DNA of 64,000 nucleotides, taken from contig CDRNVI010000168.1 in the NCBI GenBank assembly GCA_977017575.1, forward strand, positions 1-64,000, given 5' to 3'. This document shows, piece after piece, positions 49,801 through 61,857 of this stretch (positions are counted from its first letter, which is position 1; every line of letters begins with the position of its first letter). Under the pieces are notes generated by a model, which saw only the letters and a program-made list of their open reading frames with translations, searched no databases and was not told the DNA's origin. Source of the DNA: Paramoeba atlantica. Taxonomy: Eukaryota; Protista; Discosea. The translations under genes were made by a program, and so were the position numbers.

Positions 49801-52800
49801 TCAAATGTTATCTTGAAAATGAGCAAAATGAACAGATTGCATCTGAGATCTCGAAAAAGAAGGCAACAATTTAACAAAACGAACTCCTCCCCACTCTACA
49901 GAATCAATCAAAACAGAATATCCAACACTCATATCCACAGCAGAACAAATCAATTGCGTGACAACTTCTGTTTTTGTTTGCGCTTTTGCTTCTGTTGTTC
50001 CTCTTTTTAATTTTTGGACCAATTGTTTTTTGTTGCTCGAAAATGTTAAATTCATTGAAAAGCTTCCGATAAGAGGTGGGGAGAAGGAGAAGGCTGGGGC
50101 TATTCGAGAAACATTGACTTGCGAAAAAGATGCTTTGATTGTTGATTGTTCGACCTTTTCTTTCTTTCTTTTCCAAAAATCGAGATTGAGATCAACTTCA
50201 CACTCTGCTTCCTCCTGAGAGAAACAAAATTTAAAAAAAATAAGAAACAAAAAAATAAAAAAAAAAGAAAACAAAAATAAAGACACACAAAAAAAAACAA
50301 CAAAAAAAAACCAACAAAAAGATTGAAAAAGAAAGAGAAAGAAACCTTTGAATTGAGAAGTTGAAAGCCACTAATAAAGGGGATTTGTAAGCCACCAGCA
50401 CCACTGCGAAGAGATTCAACATATGCCTCTGCAATTCCAAATTCTCTTGTTTCTGTTGAAGAAAAAGATTGTCGAATTCTTTCTGATATTGTTGATTCGT
50501 CGCTCTATTTTTGATTGTTATTATTATTATCATTTTTTGTGATATTTTTTTAAAATTCCAATTGAATGTGATTGAATTAAAATAATTCTTCAACAAATAA
50601 ATAAATGATTAAAAATAATTTTCCCCTCTCTTTTCTTCTTCTATTCTTTTTCCTTTTTGTTTTCTTCTTCTTCTTCTCCTTCCCAACCTTCGAAAGTTGT
50701 TTTTGAGTTAACATCTCATTCCATTGGGAAGTCAGAAAAAGAGAAGAGAAAGTTGGATCTCTTGCTCCAATCGCACTCGCAATTTTGTTATTCCCTCGAC
50801 CTGAAAATTTTGTGATTCATTTTAATATGAATTTAAAAAAAGTGATTCATTTTAAGATAAATATTTCTCTTCTTGTGGGAAAAATGGTCTTTTCAAAATC
50901 AAAAAAAAAAAAGAAAGAGAAGAAAGAGAAAAAGAAAAGACAAGAAATCACCATTATTTGGGAGAGGAATCAAGTAAAATTGGACCATTGGTTTTTCTTG
51001 TTCGATTTTATCTTTTGGCCTTTTTGCGAGCTTGAAAGAAAAGGAAAGGAGAAGAGGAAAAGGAAGAGAGAGAGGAAGAGAAGAGAAAGAGAAGAGAAAG
51101 AAGGAAGAGAGAGAAGAGGAAAGATAGAGAGATGAGAGGAAGCGCGAGAGAGAAGAGAAGAGAAGAGAAAACAAAAAATAGTCAAAAATTTGATTGTCAT
51201 TAAATTATTAAATAAAATTGAGAAAATAAAGAACTCTCTCTTCCTCTTTCTCTCTCTCTCTCTCTCTCTTCTCTCTCTTCTCTCTCTCCTCTCTCTCTCC
51301 TCTCTCTCCTCTCTCTCCTCTCTCTCCTCTCTCTTCTCTCTCTCCTCTCTCCTCTCTCTCCTCTCTCTCCTCTCTCTTCTCTCTCTCCTCTCTCTCTTCT
51401 CTCTTCTCTCTCTCTCCTCTCTCTTCTCTCTCTCTCCTCTCTCTTCTCTCTCTCTCCTCTCTCTCCTCTCTCTCCTCTCTCTCCTCTCTCTCTCCTCTCT
51501 CAAAAACAAACCTTTTTCAAAATAGATCTGAGAATCAAATTGAGAGTATTATCGCCACCAGCAATCGCAATCTTCAAAACATGACCAATTTGACGTTTTT
51601 CTTTTATTATTGCTCCCATTTTTGTGTCCAATTCTTTTTTTTTTGAAATTTTAAAAAGAAATCATTTTTATCTTCTCTTTCTCTTTCTCATTCTCTTTCT
51701 CTTCTCTCCCTTTCTTCTTTCTCTTCTCTTTCTCTCTTCTTTCTCTTCTCTCTTCTTCTTTTTGAACCTGGATTTGCAACTTGCTTCCCATCGACGAAAA
51801 GAGGTTTCAATTTTCTCTTTTTTTCAATTATGTCAAATAAGAAATTCGCTCCAATCATTTTTTCATCAATAATACATAAATTGATCTCTTCTCCTTCTTC
51901 CGCCTGATACAATAAATTTCAAGAAAAAAAGAGAGAGAGAGAAGAGAAGAGGAAAGATTTCAAAGAAAAAATTAATAAATAAAAAAATATAAAAATAAAC
52001 AAAAAGAAAAAATAAAAAAATAAAAAAATAAAAAAATAAAAAAAAGAATAAAAAGAATAATAATAATAAAAACAATAAAAAAACCTCCTCAAGATTCGTC
52101 TCTTTGTATCTAATTTTATCTTTTGATCCTTCTTTCTCTTTCTTTCTCTCTCCCTCTTTCTTTCTCTCTCCCTCTCTCTCTTTCTTTGTCTCAAATTCTT
52201 CTTCAGAGTTTGCACTCAAAGTATCACCATCAAATTGATCTCTCCCAATCTTTTCGAGAGCACTTTTTTAAAAAAGAAAAGAAAATTAATTGTTTGGAAA
52301 TTTTTGTTGAAATGAACTGTCAAAAAATTTAAAAAATAAAGTAAAATAAAAGAAATTAGAAATTTAAATAAATAATTTAAATAAAGAAAAAGAATTTTAA
52401 ATGATCAGAAAAAATTATCTTTTTCTTTTCAAGTCCAAAAACAAAATTATCAAAAATCAAAATTAATACTCTTTTACTCTTCCTTTCTCTCTTTTGTTTC
52501 TTTTTCTCTTTTCTTTTTTAAACCTGGCATCAAGATCGAAATTCCATTCAGTCAAACCTTCATCTTTCGATTCTAAACAACAAAATTCAAATTTTTAAAA
52601 GAAAAAAAGAAAGAAAAAAAGAAGGAAAAAACAGAAAAAAAGAAAAAAAAAAGAAATATTAACCAAAAAAAAAAGAAAAAAAGAAAAAAGAAAAAAAGAA
52701 AAAAGAAAAAAAGAAAAAAGAAAAAAAGAAAAAGAAAAAAACAAGAAAAGAAAAAAAGAAAAAGAAAACCTTTGATAGGAGGAAGAGGAGAACTATCGAA

Positions 52801-55800
52801 TTTACTGTCCCCTTTTGAATGGTGCCTTTCTATATCTAAAATTGTTCCCATCAAAATTTGGAAAATAAAATTCAAAAAAAAGAAGAAAAGAAAAAAGAAA
52901 AGAAAAGAAAAGAAAAGAAAATAAAATAAAATAAAATAAAAAAATAAAAAACAAAAAAAAAGAAAAAGAAAAAGAAAAAAAAGAAAAAAGAAAAAAGAAA
53001 AAAGGAAGCGGAAAAAAGAAAAAAAAAAAAGAAAAAAAAACCTTTGATAAAAGGAAGAGGAGAACTGTTCTCAGCTTTGCTATCTCTCTTAAAAGTTTGT
53101 TTCTTTTTGAATTTGAAACGTTGTTTCTTTTCTTTTTCCGCTTCCTTTTTTTTGTTTTTTTTCATTTTATTTTGTTTTTATTATTTTATTTATTATTATT
53201 TTATTTTATTTTTTCTGAAAATTGGTTGAATTTTCTGTCTTATCATTTTTGGATTTTTTTTGTTTCAATTTTCTAAAGAAATGCTTTTTTGAAATGAAAG
53301 AAAGAGAAAAAAGACCTTTTCCTTTTCTTCTTTTTCTCTGAGTTCTGACCCCATTTTCTCCTTTTTCTTTTGAAAGTGTCCCTTCAAAAAAATCAACATT
53401 CAATCAACACTCCAAAGAAGAAAGAAAAAAAAAGGAAACAAAAAAAAACAAAAAAAAACAAAAAAAAACAAAAAAAAAGAAACAAAAATAGAAATACATC
53501 ATAATTATCTTCATCTTCCAAGTCATCAAGATCAGAATCCGATTCTTCTTCATTTCAAAAAAGAAGAAAACAAAAACAAAAACAGAAACAAAAAAAAGAA
53601 ACAAAAAAAAAAAAGAAATACATCATAATTATCTTCATCTTCCAATTCATCAAGATCAGAATCCGATTCTTCTTCATTTCAAAAGAGAAGAAAACAAAAA
53701 CAAAAAGAAACCAAAAACAAAAACAAAAATAAATTACATCATAATTATCTTCATCTTCCAATTCATCAAGATCAGAATCCGATTCTTCTTCATTTCAAAA
53801 AAGAAGAAAACAGAAAAAGAAAAACAAAAACAAAAAAGAAACAAAAAAATAAATTACATCATAATTATCTTCATCTTCCAATTCATCAAGATCAGAATCC
53901 GATTCTTCTTCATTTCAAAAGAAAAGAAAAACAAAAACAAAAAACAAAAAACAAAAGAAACAAAAAAAGAAAAACATCATAATTATCTTCATCTTCCAAT
54001 TCATCAAGATCAGAATCCGATTCTTCTTCATTTCAAAAAAGAAGAAAACAGAAAAAGAAAAACAAAAACAAAAACAAAAAGAAACAAAAAAAAAGAAATA
54101 CATCATAATTATCTTCATCTTCCAATTCATCAAGATCAGAATCCGATTCTTCTTGATTTCAAAAAAGAAGAAAACAGAAAAAGAAGAAAACAGAAAAAAC
54201 AAAAACAAAAAACATAAACAAAAAACAAAAAAGAAGAAAAAGAAATACATCATAATTATCTTCATCTTCCAATTCATCAAGATCAGAATCCGATTCTTCT
54301 TCATTTCAAAAAAGAAGAAAACAAAAACAAAAACAAAAAACAAAAAAGAAGAAAACAAAAAAAAAAAAAGAAATACATCATAATTATCTTCATCTTCCAA
54401 TTCATCAAGATCAGAATCCGATTCTTCTTCAAGATCCAAAGGTTCGTCCCATTGCTATTTATTTTATTATTATTTTTTTATTTTTATTTTCTTTATTTTA
54501 TTTCTTTTGTTTATTTTATTTATTTTTTATTTTTTTATTTTATTGTATTTATTTTTATTTATTTTATTTTGTTTGATTTATTTTATTTGAATTTCTTTAT
54601 TTTTTTTTATTATTTTTATCCACCAAAATTGAAAAGAGGGAGAGAGAGAAGAAAGAGAAATCAAAGAAAGAAAGCGAAATAAAAGACAAAAAAAGAGAGA
54701 AAAAGAAAGAGAAAGAGAAAGAGAAAGAGAAAGAGAAAGAGAAAGAGAAAAACCTCTTGAGAATCAACTTTGGCTGGATATGAAGCAAATGATGCAGTTA
54801 ACACAGCTAAAAACTCAAAGGTCAAAAAACAGAAAGAAAAAGAAAAAGAGAAAAGAAAAAAGAAAAAAGAAAAAAGAAAAGGAAAAAGAAAAGAAAAAAG
54901 AGAAAAAGAAAAAGAAAGAGAAAAAGAGGGAAAGAAGAAGAGGGAAAGAGAGAGAGGGGAAAAGAGAGAGAGAGAGGAGTAGAGGAGGGTTTGGGGGGGA
55001 GAAGTAAAAAAAAAAAAAAGAGAGAGAGAAACCTCCCAAAACAAAAGAAGGAGAATCAATTTTCTCTCTCTCCTCCCCTTTCCTCCCCTCCCTCTCCCTC
55101 TCCCTCTCCCTCTCCTTCTCCCTCTCTCTCTCTCTCTCCTTCTCCCTCTCTCTCTCTCTTCTCTCTTTCAACTTCAAAGGAAAAGCAGAACTTTTCCTCA
55201 TCTCAGATCCAATAATTTCACTTGGACCATTTTCATAAAAGAAAATCTTTCTTTCTTCAGAAAGAGAAGAAGATTGTAATACTTCGCTCATGTCAACAAC
55301 TCCACTCGCTTGCCAACTGATCCCCCCCTCTCTCTCTCTCTGCTCTCCTCTCTTTCTCTCCTTTTCTTTTTCTTTTTCTTTTTCTTTTTCTTTCTCCTTC
55401 TCTTTCTCTTTCTCTTTTACTTTTTCTTTCTCTTTCTCCTTCTCTTTTACTTTAAAAAGAGTAAGTTTCAATAAATTAATATCAACAGGAGCAAGAATAA
55501 AAGAATGAGAATAAGAGAAAGAAAAGACCCTCTCATCAAAAAACAAATAGCTCCCATCCTCCTTCTTCTGACAACTCGAAAGACAAACACTCTCACAAAA
55601 AAGAACCCTCTCTCTCTCTCTCTCTTTCCCCTCTCTCCTCAAACAAGAAACAACTTTGATATAAAAATCTTGTTCTTCTTCAAGAGAAGAAGGAGGAGAA
55701 TCAAATTTCAGTTCATTCAACTTCATATGACAAACTCTTTCCAAAAGAGATTCTCGATGACCATCTCTGTGGTGATGATGTTTTTCTGTATGCACAACCA

Positions 55801-55828
55801 GTACCCCTCCTCCTTTTCCCCCTTCCAT
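49801..55828 (-). CDS. PACS1: PACS-1/2-like phosphofurin acidic cluster sorting protein, multi-exon
   Basis: N-domain FSFSYSH...NLLKLTL...ASGVVDMSEVLQ; acidic EEESDSDLDE; C-domain LKIAIAGGD, QFYLIPL, IGARDPTFSSLF...W, IAEAYV...IPFIS, LDFW, VLIDSVEWGGVRFVKL, all colinear with PACS motifs as recalled. Confidence 0.75.
51235..51500. repeat. CT/GA low-complexity microsatellite tract in a PACS intron
   Basis: CTCTCTC(C/TT) iterations. Confidence 0.9.
53496..54453 (-). repeat. Eight-unit tandem array of the PACS acidic exon end plus following intron
   Basis: GAAGAAGAATCGGATTCTGATCTTGATGAATTGGAAGATGAAGATAATTATGAT|GT recurs 8 times with a period of about 120-145 bp. Confidence 0.95.
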
Positions 55829-55969
55829 AATTCTCTTTCTCTTTCTTTCTTTCTTTCTCTCTTTCTCCCCTCAAAAAACCCAAAAACAAAATCAAAAACC
55901 AAAAACACAAAAAAGAAACTTCGAATTTTTTTACAAACAGAAAAAGTTTATTTTTGGAAAGAGAAAAAA

Positions 55970-57046
55970 TCAGCCTCTCCAACAAATATTTGGATCATTT
56001 TGAAAAATAATTTGATAATTGTTTGTCTCAAGATCCCTTCTTGTTCCCAAATCAATTTGTTTTGCAGTAGAAGGAACAATATTTCTTTTATCATCTTTTT
56101 CAACCCAAACATAATAACTCATAATCCCAGCAATTGTACAATCAACCTCATCAACTTCATCAACTTGAAAAGTTTGGTCAAAGTGAGGAAGAAAGAGATT
56201 AAATACCTCAGCCCCTTTCTTCTTAAACTTCTTCTTCTCTTCTTCTCCTTCTCCTTCTCCTTCTCCTTCTCCTTCTCCTTCTCCTTCTCCTTCTCCTTCT
56301 CCTTCTCCTTCTCCTTCTCCTTCTTCTCCCCCGCCTCCTTTAACATTGAGCCGCTCTTTCTTCTCACTCGTCACAAGAAACACAGGAAGAAGCTCAGGAC
56401 TCGGTTCAAGAAGATTGGCAGTTGCAAGAATATCTCCAACAAGTTGCTTAGCACGAATTTGTTGCTTTTTGGTATTGTAAGGAAACGTTTGAAAACCCCA
56501 TCCATAAGGATATTCCATCACATCCCCTCCTTTCAAGACATTGATTCTGATTTCATCTCTCCCTTCAATCAAACAACGCTGAACAACAAGAGAAAGGCCT
56601 TGTCGAAAATACCAAATCTCACTGTGAGGACAGAGCTTCTCATGATAAACCCCCATCCCTTCATATTTATCATTTGCAACAACAACACAAGAGTTAAAAG
56701 AAGGGATCGAAAGTTCTTCTGAAAGTTTGTGTTCCCACCCGCCATCTCGTAACAACATCAACCAAAGCTGATCAGGAGCGAGGTAACAAACCGGTTTCCC
56801 CTTTCCCTTTTCTTCTTCAACAAAGATTCGATTGTAGATGGTTCCCACAATGTCGCTCTCCCAATCAACTTGCGACTCTTTCTGAAAGAACTCAGAATAT
56901 TTTTTGGCATCTTCCTTCTTGTAAATAAGAGGGTTGTCAATGGAAACTGGAGGGTCTTGGATGACAAGAGAGATTTTTCCGTCTTGTGTGATGGTGGGGT
57001 TCAGGCGAATATTTTTTCCAAACCACTTCGCATGTTGGGGATCCAT
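55970..57046 (-). CDS. Intronless hypothetical protein, 358 aa, with an (EG)n insert
   Basis: ATG-started long ORF of ordinary composition apart from the GAAGGA repeat at about 56237-56325; no family recognised. Confidence 0.65.
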   Translation of the reverse strand: MDPQHAKWFGKNIRLNPTITQDGKISLVIQDPPVSIDNPLIYKKEDAKKYSEFFQKESQVDWESDIVGTIYNRIFVEEEKGKGKPVCYLAPDQLWLMLLRDGGWEHKLSEELSIPSFNSCVVVANDKYEGMGVYHEKLCPHSEIWYFRQGLSLVVQRCLIEGRDEIRINVLKGGDVMEYPYGWGFQTFPYNTKKQQIRAKQLVGDILATANLLEPSPELLPVFLVTSEKKERLNVKGGGGEEGEGEGEGEGEGEGEGEGEGEGEGEGEEEKKKFKKKGAEVFNLFLPHFDQTFQVDEVDEVDCTIAGIMSYYVWVEKDDKRNIVPSTAKQIDLGTRRDLETNNYQIIFQNDPNICWRG

Positions 57047-57393
57047 TCAGTGAGGAAAAAAGACAAAGGGATCAGTGAAAAGCGAGAAGTTCAACTCAAA
57101 CAAACAATGAGAAGCGAAAAGAGGAAACCGACAAAAACAAGAACTCTTTTTTGCTTTGAAAAAATTCTTTTAGAAGTTCTCTCCTTCACAAACAGATGCT
57201 CTCTCTTCGTGTCACAAAACAGAAGTTCTTAAAAGTCTGCTCTCTCCAAACCAAACCAAACCAAACCAAACCAAACCAACAACAAAAACAAAAACAAAAA
57301 AACAAAAAGGTGTCCCCTTGAATAATAGTGGACACCTTTTTGCTTTTGTTTTTGTTTTTGTTGGACACTCTTCTCTCTCTCCCTCTCAAGAGA

Positions 57394-58844
57394 ATGGACT
57401 TGAAAGATATCCTGACGATCGAACGAGATAGTGAGGCTCCTGGTCTTCTTATCTTGACATTTAATCGTCCCCGTCATGTTTTTTTCTTCCTCTTTTTCAT
57501 TTTCCTTTTTCGAGTTTTGACAATTTTTTGTTTAGCTCAACTCTTTCATCAAAGAACAATTTCAAGCAATTGTTGAAGGGCTTCGGATTGCTTCAGAAGA
57601 TGACGAAGTTGTTGCAGTTCTCTTACTTGGATCTGGCCGATTTTTTTCGTCTCTTTTTTCTTTTTTTTTTGTGAACAATTCTCAATCCTCATCATATTTT
57701 CTTAAAGGTCTGGGATGGACATTAAAACTCAATTCGCAGATATGAACAGTGGCGGTGATCTGGAAACAAGGATCGAGTATAACTCTCTCTCTCTTTCTTC
57801 TTCTTTCCTTTTTTTGTATTATGTGATTAAATATCTTGCAGAAAATCGATCAAAGAGGGAGTTTGGGCGATGTTAGAAGCGCTCATCAATTTCAAAAAAC
57901 CAATCATTGCTGGTTCGCTTTTTTGGATCTTCCTCAATGAACTCAAAATTGAAGAAAAAAGGAAATAGGTGTAAATGGAAAAGCAGTGGGAATTGGAGTA
58001 ACAATGTTGGGGTTGTTTGATTTTGTTTATGCTGTCGAATCAGCCACGTTTCGAACACCTTTCATGGAACTTGCTGTCTGTGCAGAAGGTTTTTTTTATA
58101 TCAATCTCTTCTCTCACATATCCTTCTCTTCTTCTTCTTCTCACAGGAAAGTAAAATTTCAAAATCTCTATTTTATTTAGGTTGCTCTTCTTTCACCTTT
58201 CCTGCACTCATGGGATTATCCAAGGCCAATGAACTCCTTCTTCTTGGGAGAGGTTTTCACTTCTTTTTCTTCCCCTCATTCGTCTCTTTTTGATTGACCC
58301 TGATAATCAACCAACTCCTTTTTTTCATCTTCTTTGTGTGATTTTTTTTTCCAGAAATTGATGCGCAAGAAGCAAAGGATCGAAATCTAGTTGCCCAAGT
58401 ATTCCCTGACTCTGAATTTCACTCAAGAGTGATGACGATCGCTCGCCGTTTAGCTTCACTCCCACCTCAAGCTCTGAGGTTGATATTTTTTCATATTTTG
58501 AAAATTTTTCTCCTCTTTTTTTTTGAAATGGAAAGAATAATCTTTTTCTGAATCGAAAAATACAGAGACACAAAAGAATTAGTCCGAGGACCGATGCGTG
58601 AGAGTCTTCTTGATACGAATAGGCGAGAACTCACATTACTCAAACCAAGGTCGCTATTTTTTTGTCTTTAATCTTGGAATATTTTTGTGTTCAATGATTG
58701 CAATATTTGTCTTCAAAAGTGCAATATTTTTCTGGTTTTCTAAAATTTTGTTCTTTCTCTTCAAGGTTTCTGAGTGAAGAATCAACAAATGCAATCTTCC
58801 AATTCTACCAAAAACTCCAAAAAAAGAAAGCTGCTCGTTTATAA
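57394..58844 (+). CDS. Crotonase-family enoyl-CoA isomerase/hydratase (ECI2-like), peroxisomal, multi-exon
   Basis: [62 protein letters not shown]; ends AARL* (PTS1-like). Confidence 0.9.
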
Positions 58845-58968
58845 ACACAACAAACAAGCTGATTTATCATTTATTTTTCCTTTGGATCCTCACATAATTT
58901 GAAGTTGATTACCACAAAGAAAGTGGGGATTTAAGAAAATAACAAAGGTGTTTGTAAAACTATCTATC

Positions 58969-59412
58969 TCACAAGAAGTGATTGAAAGAAGCTCTCCCCA
59001 AGATAAAGAAAAAGCAGAAGGAAGAAAAAAGGTAAAGAGCGAATCGAAGTGGAATAAAATTGAACGTACAATGCACAACAGAATGTCCAACTCGAAACAA
59101 AAGAAATCCCCAACCCGCATAAACATACCAACCATCAACAAGATGGCTCGAGTACAAGTACAAACAAAGTGCATAAAATAACGCTGGGATCTCAAACAAG
59201 TTCTTCAAATTGTCAGAGGGATTGGCAACATGAGGAGGGGAAAGGCGAGCAAACTCATGTGGGCGGAGTTGGGCATCTTTCAGTTTGTTTCCAAAGATGA
59301 AAGGAAGTCGAGTCGAATACATATAAACCCAAACAATCACTGTGAGCAACATCATCCCAAAAAAGGGGCCAAAGATCAAGGATTGATCAAATTCCAACTG
59401 TGTTCCAACCAT
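58969..59412 (-). CDS. MAPEG-family membrane protein, intronless, bacterial-type
   Basis: IFGPFFGMMLLTVIVWVYMY.TR, NPSDNLKNLFEIPALFY, FRVGHSVVHCTFN. Confidence 0.88.
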   Translation of the reverse strand: MVGTQLEFDQSLIFGPFFGMMLLTVIVWVYMYSTRLPFIFGNKLKDAQLRPHEFARLSPPHVANPSDNLKNLFEIPALFYALCLYLYSSHLVDGWYVYAGWGFLLFRVGHSVVHCTFNFIPLRFALYLFSSFCFFFILGRASFNHFL

Positions 59413-59673
59413 CTTTTCAGTTCTATATTTTCCACGCTCACACGTTCACGTTCTTGCTTCAAGGAAACAAAAATTTCTTGGAAAACGCAGAAACCAAAAT
59501 TAACAACAAACTCAAAAATTCGAAAAATAATCTAAAGGTGGCTTGTTTTCTCTTTTTCCTGTTCTGTTGTGGGGTTGTTTTTATTATTTTATTGGAGGAA
59601 ACCAGTTTATTTTTGTTTAATCAAAGGGAAAAAGTCTCTGTGAGTAATAATTAGAGAGTCAAAAATCATTCAT

Positions 59674-61470
59674 TCATTTTTTGTTCCAAACAATCCACTC
59701 CTCCGGGAGAGTGGTTTGAATCATTTTTGAAAGGTGAGAATACTGAATTTTTTGATTCAATGATCGGGGAAGACTTTCTGATGAAGCTACAATGATCTCT
59801 TGTGGATGTTTGTACTCTGCTAGAGTAGTTGCAAGTGAATCTATAATTCTTTGACAAAGAGATTCAACAGAAAGAAGAGCTCCATTTGATGATGGGACAA
59901 CAACTGCCGTAACAGTACAAGATCTTTCATCTTTTTCAACCCCCAACACAGCAACTTCTTTGACTTCAATGTTCTCGGCAATTCGACTTTCTACCTCATC
60001 AGCCATAACATTCCAACCATGACCAAGAGGGATAACAGAATCTGATCGTCCGTGAAGATAGAGATATCCTTCTTTATCTCGGCTCGCAAGATCTCCAGTC
60101 CGATACCATCTCCCCAGCTCAGGGTCTTGAACGAAAGATTTTTGGTTTGCCTGTGGGTTTTGATAATATCCTTGACATAACATTGGTGTTTGAACAAAGA
60201 GATCACCAACAGACCCAGGCTGTGTTATCTCCTCTCCCGTCGAGCGATCAAGGATCCGAGAAAGAGAAATCCCAGGAGTCTCTCTTCCAACTGAAAGGGC
60301 ATGTGAACACACATCCTCTGGTTGGAGAAGAGAAACTAATCCTGCTTCTGTTGATCCGTAGGCCTCAAAGAGTATGCTCCCAGGGCAATGAGAAAGAAGC
60401 AATTGCGCTATTCTTCTTTTCAGATGTTCATGGCATTTTGCTCCGGTGAGAAGCACTTTCAATCCAGGTCTCGTTTGTTGGAATAACGGTTCAATTTCTT
60501 TTTGAGGTAATGCCAGAATAGCCTGAAAATGTGCAGGAGATAGTGAAATAAAAGATGCTTGTGTTTCAACCAAACCTTTCAGATACTTCAGTGGAGAAGA
60601 TGTATGGCGATCAATTCCGTACCAATCCAAAGGGAGAGGGTGGATAGAAGCTCCTAGATACAAAAAATGATAACAGAAAAAGGCAGGGTTAATTCCATGC
60701 ATAGGCCAGGAGATTAAAGCTGAATCTCGAGAAGTGAGACAAAGATCAGGATGCGTCAGAGCACCAGCACGAATTGACTCCTCAGCATGAAGAACTCCTT
60801 TCGGGACTGAAGTTGTGCCTGATGTATGGAGACAGAGCCAAGGAGTCATACTGGGAGGAGGAGGAGAGTTTTTTGTTTCAAAACATAAATCTTTTGTTGT
60901 TGTCATTGAGGAAGAAGATTGGAGACTATCCCCTCCTTCTCGTTCCTCTTCTTGCATTAAAAAAGATTCATAATCTTCACCAAAAGAAACGACCAGAGGT
61001 GCCTGCCATCCCTCTCCATTTTTCTCTTCTTGTTCTATTTTTTCATCTTTCCCCTGCTGTGTCTCTTCAAATTCAAGTTGTAGTGACGAAAGTGCCTCCC
61101 TCAATCGATCATAACAGATCCCGTTTTCAACAAAAATGACTTTTGGGCTTGAATTTCTAACCACAGGAATCATTTCTAATGGTTGAAGGGTTGGGTTGAC
61201 AGGAGCCACCATGGTTCCTGAGAATAAAGCGGCAAGATAGACTTCCACAGGCTCGATTCGATTGCTACTTAAAAACCCAACAACAAAGCGTTGCTGCTGC
61301 GGATGGGAACAACCTTCTCTCTTTCTTTTTTGGAAGACGTGGGAGAGTCTTTTCGTTCTCTCATAAAGTTCAAGATAAGTCAAAGATCGAAATGAGTCTT
61401 TGATCGCAATTTTCTGAGGTTTTTGGAGAGCGTGGATTCGCAAACATTCTCGCAAGGAAGAAATTGGCAT
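59674..61470 (-). CDS. AMP-dependent acyl-CoA synthetase (class I adenylate-forming enzyme), intronless
   Basis: HTSGTTSVPKGV, FEAYGSTEAG, YRTGDLA, LHGRSD, LPRSLNQKI. Confidence 0.92.
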   Translation of the reverse strand: MPISSLRECLRIHALQKPQKIAIKDSFRSLTYLELYERTKRLSHVFQKRKREGCSHPQQQRFVVGFLSSNRIEPVEVYLAALFSGTMVAPVNPTLQPLEMIPVVRNSSPKVIFVENGICYDRLREALSSLQLEFEETQQGKDEKIEQEEKNGEGWQAPLVVSFGEDYESFLMQEEEREGGDSLQSSSSMTTTKDLCFETKNSPPPPSMTPWLCLHTSGTTSVPKGVLHAEESIRAGALTHPDLCLTSRDSALISWPMHGINPAFFCYHFLYLGASIHPLPLDWYGIDRHTSSPLKYLKGLVETQASFISLSPAHFQAILALPQKEIEPLFQQTRPGLKVLLTGAKCHEHLKRRIAQLLLSHCPGSILFEAYGSTEAGLVSLLQPEDVCSHALSVGRETPGISLSRILDRSTGEEITQPGSVGDLFVQTPMLCQGYYQNPQANQKSFVQDPELGRWYRTGDLASRDKEGYLYLHGRSDSVIPLGHGWNVMADEVESRIAENIEVKEVAVLGVEKDERSCTVTAVVVPSSNGALLSVESLCQRIIDSLATTLAEYKHPQEIIVASSESLPRSLNQKIQYSHLSKMIQTTLPEEWIVWNKK

Positions 61471-61857
61471 GTGTGTCGTTGATTCCTCGAGACCAAATGA
61501 AAATGGGAAAAATGAGAATGATTGAGTGTTCGGTTTGATCGGGTTTTCGGCGAAGGAAATTTTCTCAGAAAGTTGTTCGGCGATTCAGAAAAGTGGATTT
61601 CCGGATTCATTGTTTGTCATGGGAATCTGTCATATTCTGTGGAACATTCAAGACTTCAACGTGTGTTTTGTCACCTCTGCTTCTTTTTCGATTCGCCAAA
61701 CAAAACTTGAGGAAAGTGAAAAAGGAAAACTTTTCGATGCCTTATTTAGATAAAAATGGTATCTTTTCCGCGATATTGTTTTCAGTTTTGTTGTTTCTTG
61801 CCTCGAACGTCTTGTCTTTCCTTTTTCTTTCTTTTTCTCAAAGAGAGAGAAAGTGGA

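Noticed and set aside
53496-54453. CRISPR-like repeat/spacer array
   Set aside because: The repeat is a coding exon end plus GT, the spacers are T-rich intron sequence, the context is eukaryotic and no cas genes are present.
55505-56722. 405-aa plus-strand ORF
   Set aside because: Antisense to the 358-aa gene and the PACS 5' region; low-complexity FS repeats.
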